The translations under genes were made by a program, and so were the position numbers. From assembly GCA_030587475.2 (NCBI GenBank), contig JAUQYZ020000262.1:1-56128 (forward strand): DNA of 56,128 nt. Direction: 5' to 3'. Source of the stretch: Candidatus Sigynarchaeum calidifontis (GTDB taxonomy: Archaea; Asgardarchaeota; Lokiarchaeia; Sigyniarchaeales; Sigyniarchaeaceae). Below the pieces are notes generated by a model that made no database searches, was not told the DNA's origin, and worked only from the letters and a program-made list of their open reading frames with translations. Below are positions 10,113 through 18,979 of this stretch, piece by piece (the first letter of the stretch is position 1; every line of letters starts with the position of its first letter).

Positions 10113-10593
10113 TTTTTACCGGTTCCTCCTTTTTTTCGATGAACAGCTTCAACGATTGCAATTGCATCGGGATCATGGCATACGGGAGGTTCACGTCCGT
10201 AATGGTTTTGATATCGAGGTAATAGATGTTGTCCACGTTCGCTTTCTCGATAGCGATCATGATGCCCGCCACGAGGGATTTCCGCCCCGGCGTGATATCG
10301 ATGTCGATATCATAACCAGCTTTTTTAAGTTGATTTATCAATTTGCTAATCTCTCGCCCCGCCACGGATGGATTGCCTTCTTCCACGATCATGTTCTCGA
10401 TTCTTGGTTTGAAACCGAATTCTTCAGTAAGGATTCGCACGCCTTCTTGCGTGAATTCAAGCTTGTCCTTGAACAGATCCTCGGTGACGATATAGATCAA
10501 CTCTGGCTTGATCGCCTTCTGCTGTAATACAGCATAGAGGGCGTTGATTAACCCCCAGATGCTTCTACCAAGTATGCTGACATATGCTCTCAA
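10105..10593 (-). CDS. Stand-alone CARF-domain protein
   Basis: N-terminal strand SILGRS, IYIVTE, CARF signature DIDITPGRK, IYYL; TTG start. Confidence 0.75.
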   Translation of the reverse strand: MRAYVSILGRSIWGLINALYAVLQQKAIKPELIYIVTEDLFKDKLEFTQEGVRILTEEFGFKPRIENMIVEEGNPSVAGREISKLINQLKKAGYDIDIDITPGRKSLVAGIMIAIEKANVDNIYYLDIKTITDVNLPYAMIPMQLQSLKLFIEKKEEPVKNA

Positions 10594-10656
10594 ATCGATA
10601 CACCAGGCTGCAATCTCGAATGGGTACCGAGGTTAAAAAGGCTTTAACGGGAAGAC

Positions 10657-13257
10657 GTGACTATTAGCATGGTGGCGCACGTGGCAAAAAAAAGTGGTCT
10701 TTATGACAGCGTCCTCGAGCGACTAGTCAAGTTTCGTGCTTTGATCGCTATGAAAATACCCGGTCCGCTGGATCAAGCAAGAAAAATGGAGCTAGCAGGT
10801 AATATCATCGATGATGTCGCCACATTGCTGTTTTTGATATCGGTTGGACATGCACGCGAGGATAAAACAAGAAATTCTATTACAGATTTCCTTTCCCGGA
10901 TTATTTCAGGTGAGACGTATCCCATCGTGGATGCATACCGCAGCTTTCATCCACGATTGTTTCACGGGCAGTTGTTTGAATCGCGAATGCTCGAAACGCT
11001 CAATTTAATGGATGAATGGCGAGATCTTCTCGAGTATTTTAAGGGTTTCCGTTGGATCTCCGATGAATTCGAGGATATATCCACCAGTGAATTGCCTTCA
11101 ATCACTCCGGCCATATTCAGCACGATTCACGAGCATAAAAAGGATCCAATAGCCGGAGAACACGAGAAAAAGCGCACGGGTGTCTACTACACTCCAGCGA
11201 CCATCTCCAACTACATCTGCGTTCGATGCATCGCCCAGTATCTTGCCTCGAAGACCGGGATCGAAGCCGATAACCTTGATGATTTTATAGATCGCCTGGA
11301 AAAGAGCAAGATTGAACAAGCCTTGATGTTACTAGACCGGGTGCGCGTGCTCGACCCTGCATGCGGTTCGGGCGAGTTTCTCGTGACCATGGCACATGTA
11401 CTTTTTTCGTTGAAGCAGAGGCTGACTAGCAAACATTCATCCAATAAAAAAGAACGTGCGCGAGATTTGAAAGTTAATATTTTATCCAACAACATATTTG
11501 GAGTGGATCATGCAGCCGATGCCACGAATGTTGCTAGAAAGCGGCTATGGTTATGGATGTTATCTGGTAGCGATGATGATACACCAGTAAAGCTTTCGTT
11601 TTCGAGATTGGAATGTAACATCCTCAATGGAAATGCACTTATCGGCTGGCTTGACGAAAACATCTATGATGAATCAAGTAGCATGCATTGTCATCTATCG
11701 ACCAACATCCCTTCTCCATCCGACATCACGGCCAGGCTTTCCCGCATGCTCGAATCCACGCTTAACGAGAATGAGAGAACAAAAGTCAACCTTGAGAAGT
11801 ATCAGCCGCTCCATTGGCGACTCGTTTTCAATGATCTTTTCAAGAATGATGGCAAGTTCAATATTATAGTTGGAAACCCGCCGTATGTATTCATACGTGG
11901 CCGAAATTTTGATGAAATCGAGATATCGTATTTTTATAAATGGTATTTTCAAGGTTATACGACAACCACCAAGGGAAAAGCGAGACAATCAGGGAAAATC
12001 AACGCGTTCAGCTTGTTCATAGCCCGGTCGATCAATTTGCTCGATGATGGAGGGATCCTCGGGTTCATCGTGCCGAACACGCTGTTGAGAACCACCACGA
12101 ATGATATCATTAGACAATTCATCATAAACACGTCATTCATTTATGAAATCGTGGATCTTCAAGATGGCGTGTTCGACGGGGTCGTTGCGTCCACGATCAT
12201 TTTAATTCTTGGAAAAAAAAACGCGGAGAAATGGCGGAAGGGAACTGTCGTGAAACACCTCGTGGAGGATCTATTATCCGGTAAATACCAATCACACGAG
12301 ATTGATCAAGAACGATTTCCCCTCAATCCTGCTTGCATCTTCGACATCCACGTGGATGACCGGTTTGCTACGATGTTTTCCGCCATGCAACGAGATACCT
12401 TTCCTTTGGAAGATGCTTGTAGCGAGATTATCGAAGGCTTGGTTACCCGGCGCGGCGATAATATGTTCACGACAGACCCGAACGCCCCGAACGCGAAAAA
12501 ATTGCTTCGAGGAAAGGACATTGATCGATACAAGATAGAATGGCACCCGGGCCAGTATATTATCTATGATCCGGCGAAGCTGCATCGCGCCCGGCCGGTC
12601 TTTGTCCACGAGGCACCCGTGAAATTGCTTGCCCAGCGCATTGGTGGCGGAACATATCCCCTCCGCGTGGCATACGATGATCGCCAGCATTATTTTTTCG
12701 CGTCCATCAATGCCATCATCTTGAAAAAGGAAATGAATGATGCAAATATCGAGCAAGAATACAAATATATCCTCGCGATCTTGAATTCTGCCTTGATGAA
12801 CGCTTATTACTTGCTCAGCTTCAGTAACAAATCCGCTTTGACCGTGAACGTGAGCAAGACCCTTCTCGGATCCTTGCCCATCAAGATCGCGACACCGGCA
12901 GTGCGACGCGGCATTGCAAAAATTGTCGATTACATGCTTTTTTTAAACGCGGGGGGAAGCAACGAGACCGAGTTGCGGGAATATATTGACAAGGAACTAT
13001 TGGACGTGATCCTCTACGATCTATACACGTGCCAGGAACAAGAAAACGATATGCTTGACACGATCCTTTCATTCTTCCACGAGATAGATCACAAGGATTC
13101 CGGCCGGAAAGGCACGATTGCTATCATAAAGGAATCGATAGCACGCATAAAGGCGGATGGTGATTGCATGTCATGGCTCTTGAACATCAAAAATAGCACT
13201 GGTTTTACAGCCATCAAGCATTTATTTGAAGAGCGCATCGACGGTGTTGTTGATTGA
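10657..13257 (+). CDS. Eco57I/TaqI-like gamma-class N6-adenine DNA methyltransferase with C-terminal TRD
   Basis: GVYYTP, LDPACGSGEFL, IVGNPPY, LLRGKDI.RY, ILAILNS. Confidence 0.88.
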   Translation: MTISMVAHVAKKSGLYDSVLERLVKFRALIAMKIPGPLDQARKMELAGNIIDDVATLLFLISVGHAREDKTRNSITDFLSRIISGETYPIVDAYRSFHPRLFHGQLFESRMLETLNLMDEWRDLLEYFKGFRWISDEFEDISTSELPSITPAIFSTIHEHKKDPIAGEHEKKRTGVYYTPATISNYICVRCIAQYLASKTGIEADNLDDFIDRLEKSKIEQALMLLDRVRVLDPACGSGEFLVTMAHVLFSLKQRLTSKHSSNKKERARDLKVNILSNNIFGVDHAADATNVARKRLWLWMLSGSDDDTPVKLSFSRLECNILNGNALIGWLDENIYDESSSMHCHLSTNIPSPSDITARLSRMLESTLNENERTKVNLEKYQPLHWRLVFNDLFKNDGKFNIIVGNPPYVFIRGRNFDEIEISYFYKWYFQGYTTTTKGKARQSGKINAFSLFIARSINLLDDGGILGFIVPNTLLRTTTNDIIRQFIINTSFIYEIVDLQDGVFDGVVASTIILILGKKNAEKWRKGTVVKHLVEDLLSGKYQSHEIDQERFPLNPACIFDIHVDDRFATMFSAMQRDTFPLEDACSEIIEGLVTRRGDNMFTTDPNAPNAKKLLRGKDIDRYKIEWHPGQYIIYDPAKLHRARPVFVHEAPVKLLAQRIGGGTYPLRVAYDDRQHYFFASINAIILKKEMNDANIEQEYKYILAILNSALMNAYYLLSFSNKSALTVNVSKTLLGSLPIKIATPAVRRGIAKIVDYMLFLNAGGSNETELREYIDKELLDVILYDLYTCQEQENDMLDTILSFFHEIDHKDSGRKGTIAIIKESIARIKADGDCMSWLLNIKNSTGFTAIKHLFEERIDGVVD

Positions 13258-15021
13258 AAGGATATCGCTCGCGTCAAGGTTGAATGCCTCGTACACGATT
13301 CGATCTATCTCCGCCATTAGAGCCTTTAACCCAGATGGATGACTATTATAGGTTCTCACCACCAGGCTCGTTCCAAATTGCTCCAATATTTCGTCGACGA
13401 GCTCGATTAGGTTTGCGCGGGCCGAGGGGGTAAAGGTAGGGACGGGTAGTTCGGCCAATCCTTTCACGCCGACGTGAGGCGTAGCCTTCTTTCCCTTCCT
13501 GAGGATCTCGCGCTCGATGGCATAGAAAGTGATCGCACGGGAATTGAGTAGCGCGCACGCGATCTTGAGATCGTCCTCGCCGTGCTTGGGCTTTCCGACT
13601 AAAATCCCGTATGCAGAGTATAACCGGGTATTGAGATACGCTGCCTGAATGCCCTTGCTGGCTTCCGGAATGAAAAGCCTTGGGCCCTCGTAGCGATCGG
13701 GATCTCCAAGAACAAGGGTCTTTCCTTCATTTCGTAGCCTGCGTTCTTTTTCCCGGTCGAACACGAAATAGCCTTGAGATTCGTCCCACCACGCATGATA
13801 ACGCCCGACATGCCTGGCGTCGAGGATGATCTTCTCGTACCTTTCGTCACGAGCTGTTTTTGATAGAAAATGCTCTCTGCAACCGCCGATATTAAGACCG
13901 CGGTTAATTTGCAAGATATCCCCGAGCTTGTGTTCCGCGCGCTCCATTTTTTCGAGAATGGCCCCGTGGAAGGAATAGGTGAACTCGAGCCCCTTGTGTC
14001 GCATGAAATGGTTGATAGAAATCTGTACTTGATGGCTTGCAATGCTGGAGGCCAGCGACTTGGAACTCGTGGGTATGCCTTTCAACGAGCACCAGCGCAG
14101 CATGTAGTCGGAAGGTGGCTTTGTTTTAGAGAGGCACAAGATGGCACAGTCGACGACCGCATCGAATGGATCGATGTCGATCACGAGCCGGTTGACAATG
14201 CATGTCGAGAGGATGTGCGCGCGTGTTTTCCGGTATGACGGGAGGACACATAGCGTCTTGTTCACGACGTAGGATAGAACGCCGTTTTCTTTCAGTATTT
14301 TTATACCAAGTTCTATAAAAAGGTTCATCGCATTGATCCGCTGATGGTCTTGATTAAAAAGTTCGAAGTTCCGAAGCACGGAATGCTTTTCAGCCGAAAT
14401 CATTCGTGCAGGAGCGCTGCCATAATAAGACAAGTATGGTGGATTCGATACGACGATGTCAAAAAGGCCGAATCGAGTTATCTTCCCCATCTCTATCAAT
14501 GCATTCCCGACCACGAGATGAGAAGCCATAGAATCTTTTACATCCTCATTTTCGACAACCCCGGTGATGCGATTTGAATCGAGGATGGCTTTCCTAGCGG
14601 ATTCGATTGCCTTGGCGTTGACATCAATGCCATATAATGAATGATTTATGGCTGCTCGGTAGAAATCAACCGGTGTTGTTTCCTTTCCCGCAAATTTGCA
14701 AATTTTCAATCGTGCTCTCACGAGCTCTTCCAGCATCATGACGAGCATCACCCCATTCCCGACGGCAGGATCGATGACCGTTATATCACGAAGCATTGCA
14801 TCGATAGCATCGAGCCGGGATCTGAACGATGCGGGGGCATCCAGATTGCCATCGCTTTCGAGAAATCTTTCGGCATCTTCGAATGGAAGGGCAAATCGCC
14901 GAGAGATTATTCTCGCAAGGCTATCACGACATAAAAAGCGGGCAAGATATGGTGGCGTGTAGTAAATTCCAGCGGATCGCCTATGGCCACGATCTCGAAT
15001 GTTTGAAGGCTTTTCGTCCAT
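13222..15021 (-). CDS. TaqI-like gamma-class N6-adenine DNA methyltransferase
   Basis: GIYYTP, IDPAVGNGVML, VVSNPPY, ACALLNS. Confidence 0.85.
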   Translation of the reverse strand: MDEKPSNIRDRGHRRSAGIYYTPPYLARFLCRDSLARIISRRFALPFEDAERFLESDGNLDAPASFRSRLDAIDAMLRDITVIDPAVGNGVMLVMMLEELVRARLKICKFAGKETTPVDFYRAAINHSLYGIDVNAKAIESARKAILDSNRITGVVENEDVKDSMASHLVVGNALIEMGKITRFGLFDIVVSNPPYLSYYGSAPARMISAEKHSVLRNFELFNQDHQRINAMNLFIELGIKILKENGVLSYVVNKTLCVLPSYRKTRAHILSTCIVNRLVIDIDPFDAVVDCAILCLSKTKPPSDYMLRWCSLKGIPTSSKSLASSIASHQVQISINHFMRHKGLEFTYSFHGAILEKMERAEHKLGDILQINRGLNIGGCREHFLSKTARDERYEKIILDARHVGRYHAWWDESQGYFVFDREKERRLRNEGKTLVLGDPDRYEGPRLFIPEASKGIQAAYLNTRLYSAYGILVGKPKHGEDDLKIACALLNSRAITFYAIEREILRKGKKATPHVGVKGLAELPVPTFTPSARANLIELVDEILEQFGTSLVVRTYNSHPSGLKALMAEIDRIVYEAFNLDASDILSINNTVDALFK

Positions 15022-15025
15022 CGGG

Positions 15026-17656
15026 TCACCGTAAACCTGATTCTGTTTCGATCCGGTCGATCCATGGATGTTTTCTCATTGCCCCGATGAGATCTTGTAC
15101 CGCATCATCCGCATCCAGTTCGGAAACGACGCGAGTTATCGTTTCCTTGATGCTCGCTTCCAGTTGGTCAAGCGAATTACGTTCATCATTGTCCAACCTT
15201 TCCCCTCGCATCAGCTTCCAATGCAACCGCGACCACGCGTCGTATTCCACGGGAACCAGGTGCGGACGGATTGCATCCAAGAGTGCGTACCTGGCCTCGG
15301 GATGTGCCTTATCAGAGACAAGCTTTTCGTAAAAAAATATTTCATAGACGATGAAATCAATGAGAAAATGTAGGAATTTGTGGTACTGCACGGTCAGGTA
15401 TTTGACGATCTGCCGAAACTCGTCCCTATCGGGAAGCAAGAGGGGATATCGATTCTCGATGTCGGCGATCGTGTTCAACCGGATTTCTTGAAAGTTGGAA
15501 AAGCATTTGTTATGGTACCAGTCGAATAATTTGCTATTCCACGTCCCCAGGACCTCGATCAGGGTATCAAGGGAGCCGTGGTAAATACAGATGATCGACT
15601 TGATGGTGTACACGTCACCCACGAATGAAGCCTTGATCCTGCCTCGAAACGCCAGATTAACCCCGATCTTGCTGTTCTTGTAGAAATTTTTCTTGATCGC
15701 TGCGGGATCGATGAAATATACCGGGGGAAGCAATTTGAATGGGATCATCTCGCTTGCGGTGAATATCGGGATCAGGCCCTCCAGCCTTTTCAAGGAAAGT
15801 GCTTTCTTCCCAAGTTCCTCGCCGCGGGTCACTTCTAGCCCATAGGTTGCATGCGATTTGGCAACCCGTTCGATGTGTAGAACAATCGGGTCATCCTTGA
15901 ATAAGTCAAACGACGACACGGTTATCGCAGGAACCCGCCCGAGAAGAGCGGCTTTGTTGGGGATGAAAGTATAATTCCTGAATTCGAAACCATTATGCGA
16001 TTCCTTGTCGAAAAACGCGATCGCCACGGCGATGCTCACCCCAACAAAAATGCCTTCACCAAGATTGTCATAGGCGAGCAAGTGTTTAGTCATACGAGCA
16101 CCTATTTGCCGGTAAAAGCTGTACGGGATGATCAAGCCGGCAAGACCTCGACATATCTTCATAGCGCGAATGATAAAGGCCTCGTAGATGTCATCAGTAT
16201 TTTCATAAACTTTTCGAATGATTTCTTTCCCGATGATTTCTTTTTTAGCTTTCGAGGAAGAAAAACTCAAGTAAGGGGGATTTCCGATGATTATATCGAA
16301 GCCACCCCGCTGGAATATATCCGAAAACTCGATACCCCAATGGAAGGGTTGCAGCCCAACGATCTTTTGGTTCTCGTGCAAGTTAGAAAGATACAATGCG
16401 TCGAGGTAAATCCGTGCTTTTTTTCTCTCTGAAGGCGATCCTCGGCTTCGAGCGAATGCTTCGTTCAGCCGCATCTCGTGTATGGCGAGCTTGTTGGTGG
16501 ATTCATTTGAAGGGGTGATGAAACCGAGCAAGCTGTTTCCATTCTTGAGGTTATCATCGAGCGAAGGGAGTGTATCCCCTCGATCTACATCCAGGGCAGA
16601 AATAAGGCTCAAGGATAGCCGGAGCTTCGCAACCTCGACAGATCCAGGTTGCACGTCAACACCGAAGATACTGGAAAGGATCACGTGTCGTTTTATGTCA
16701 TAGACGCTCGAGCTTAAACGTGGTAGATCTGGATACTGGCTAAAACGAACATCGCGCGGGTCGACGTGTTTGAGACAAGCATAATAGAGCTCAACAATGA
16801 CGCGCTCAGCTTCAACTAGAAATGCGCCGGAACCGCATGCAGGGTCACATATGGTAACACGAGTTAGAATGTTAAAATAAAACCACGCAATTTGTTCCAA
16901 TTCATCAGGGGTAATGTTCGTTTTGTACAGCACTTCGCCGATGAAATCCCCGAAAGCTGTGTGGAAATGGCTATTTATCGCCCGCGTTGCATAGATCGCA
17001 ACGGTTTTCCGTGTTATATAATCCGTGATAAAAGCAGGCGTGTAATAGGTTCCACTTTCTTTGCGATTGCAACTCATCTCGAAGATATAACCAAGGATCG
17101 CGGGATTGATGCACGTGTTAGATGGGTCTGGACTTGTTTCTACAAGTTGCCATTCGTGTTGGTCGATCATTTCCAATACGGAACTCAGGGCGGCATCATC
17201 GATCTCGATCGCATCGATGATATCACCATTTTTATCCGTCTCGATTCCCGGGATTGGTCGAAAGACGTTTCCTCCGAGAAATGGCACGACCTTGAAGATC
17301 CCATCCACATCGGTTCGAGGGTGATTGGAATTCAAATAGGAAAACCAAACCGTGCAAAGAACTTTATAGAATGATTGAAATGAAGGTAGTGCGCCGACGC
17401 GATATCGCGCAAACAGATCTTGCACGTAACGGACAGGCAACACGGGAGGCAAATTTCCACGAGGAACCTGCAAGAACGTTGTGAAAAAAATTCGATTCAA
17501 GATGATGTCCGCGTAAACATCCGGCCTAAGCTGGAAAAGTTCATGATCGCTTTTTTCCTTGAAATGAATTGCTTTAATGAGAAGATTCCTAATGTTTTCG
17601 TGTTTTAAATGAAATTTCTCCACGATCAGGCGATTATCATGCACGTAACTGTTCAT
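15026..17656 (-). CDS. Eco57I-like gamma-class N6-adenine DNA methyltransferase
   Basis: VPFLGGNVF, LGYIFE, GTYYTP, CDPACGSGAFL, FDIIIGNPPY. Confidence 0.88.
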   Translation of the reverse strand: MNSYVHDNRLIVEKFHLKHENIRNLLIKAIHFKEKSDHELFQLRPDVYADIILNRIFFTTFLQVPRGNLPPVLPVRYVQDLFARYRVGALPSFQSFYKVLCTVWFSYLNSNHPRTDVDGIFKVVPFLGGNVFRPIPGIETDKNGDIIDAIEIDDAALSSVLEMIDQHEWQLVETSPDPSNTCINPAILGYIFEMSCNRKESGTYYTPAFITDYITRKTVAIYATRAINSHFHTAFGDFIGEVLYKTNITPDELEQIAWFYFNILTRVTICDPACGSGAFLVEAERVIVELYYACLKHVDPRDVRFSQYPDLPRLSSSVYDIKRHVILSSIFGVDVQPGSVEVAKLRLSLSLISALDVDRGDTLPSLDDNLKNGNSLLGFITPSNESTNKLAIHEMRLNEAFARSRGSPSERKKARIYLDALYLSNLHENQKIVGLQPFHWGIEFSDIFQRGGFDIIIGNPPYLSFSSSKAKKEIIGKEIIRKVYENTDDIYEAFIIRAMKICRGLAGLIIPYSFYRQIGARMTKHLLAYDNLGEGIFVGVSIAVAIAFFDKESHNGFEFRNYTFIPNKAALLGRVPAITVSSFDLFKDDPIVLHIERVAKSHATYGLEVTRGEELGKKALSLKRLEGLIPIFTASEMIPFKLLPPVYFIDPAAIKKNFYKNSKIGVNLAFRGRIKASFVGDVYTIKSIICIYHGSLDTLIEVLGTWNSKLFDWYHNKCFSNFQEIRLNTIADIENRYPLLLPDRDEFRQIVKYLTVQYHKFLHFLIDFIVYEIFFYEKLVSDKAHPEARYALLDAIRPHLVPVEYDAWSRLHWKLMRGERLDNDERNSLDQLEASIKETITRVVSELDADDAVQDLIGAMRKHPWIDRIETESGLR

Positions 17657-17821
17657 GGAAATCGTCGCTTGCCGGTCATATCTATTCAGCGATGAACGGA
17701 ATGATCTTATTCGTGATTATTGAAAGACTTGCTTTCGCTCACATTTTAAGGCAGCAACAAGCGAAGCTTATTTACACAGAGGGATACGGATAGAAAAAGG
17801 TAATTACTATAATATGGCGCG

Positions 17822-18979
17822 TTGCGATCTGTATTGGACAAGATAACGGAGTCTAATGAAACAAGCGGCCTAGGAAGGAAGCAGGCCGCTTATCAAGCTT
17901 TAAAATCAGGGAACCTTGAGAAAGCCAAGGATCTCTTCGAAAAATTGAGCCAATCATATCCGTGGGTAGCTTCATTCAAGTTTAACCTTGCTTTAACATG
18001 TTTCAAGCTCGGGCAACTCGAAAAGGCCCTGGATAACGTGAACGCAGGGCTTACCATCGAGCCTAACGATGAAAAAGCTATAAAGATGAAGCAGACCATC
18101 GAATCTCGAATTAAAAAAACGAATCTAGAACTGAAGCCCCCAGAACACCAGAAAAAACCGGCAATTGCCTTCGTTCGTAATCGTGACGATAATGAAACAA
18201 TAAAATGCATCCTGGAAGGAAAATTTCCGCGGAATGATGATTTACAGTTAAATCTAGGGACGGCGGCCTATTCGTCCCACGTAAACCGGGGGGAATACAG
18301 CTCGTCTCGTTTGATGAATTTCATTATCTTCGAAAAACAGCGACGTAGGGCGGAACTCAGGTCGATGTATGATAACCACATCGATGACGAATTACATCAA
18401 AACCGCATCTCATGGTTTTTCTCCGACCCAGACATGAACGAAAAAAACGACGTTTTCCCCAATAAATGCTTGTTCCACGCCCCTCCCGAGATCACGGCGG
18501 AATTCGTGGATAACTTGATGACGCGGATAGATCTATTACCGAGAGCCGAGGACACCATTTTCATGGACACGATGAAATCGAGATATTCATATGATATACA
18601 TTATATCAAGGATGCCATCAACGAGCTGCGTAGGTCAAATCAATATCAACAAGCCATTCAGGCGTCCGAGAAATATTTGGAACACTTTCCTGATGACTTG
18701 GAGATTCTTTTCTCGCTCGGTAATATGCATTTAGAGCGGGGAAATATCGTCCAGAGTGAGAAGTCGTTTAAAAAAATCGTGGAATTGTATTATGAGAACG
18801 CGTATGCTTGGTATAACCTTGCCAAGATATATGAAATCCAGGGGCTGTGGCAGTTTGAGGCTTTTTGTTTGCAACAAGCGAAAAACTTCGGCTATCAGAT
18901 AGACGAAATCCGGCTTGCTAGGTTGCTGTTAAAGGGAGTACCCATCGATCCGTTCACGGATAACGTGCATTGGGAATGA
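17822..18979 (+). CDS. Tetratricopeptide repeat protein (N- and C-terminal TPR clusters)
   Basis: FNLALTCFKLGQLEKA...P, FSLGNMHLERG, AWYNLAKIYE; stop overlaps the next ATG (ATGA). Confidence 0.75.
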   Translation: MRSVLDKITESNETSGLGRKQAAYQALKSGNLEKAKDLFEKLSQSYPWVASFKFNLALTCFKLGQLEKALDNVNAGLTIEPNDEKAIKMKQTIESRIKKTNLELKPPEHQKKPAIAFVRNRDDNETIKCILEGKFPRNDDLQLNLGTAAYSSHVNRGEYSSSRLMNFIIFEKQRRRAELRSMYDNHIDDELHQNRISWFFSDPDMNEKNDVFPNKCLFHAPPEITAEFVDNLMTRIDLLPRAEDTIFMDTMKSRYSYDIHYIKDAINELRRSNQYQQAIQASEKYLEHFPDDLEILFSLGNMHLERGNIVQSEKSFKKIVELYYENAYAWYNLAKIYEIQGLWQFEAFCLQQAKNFGYQIDEIRLARLLLKGVPIDPFTDNVHWE

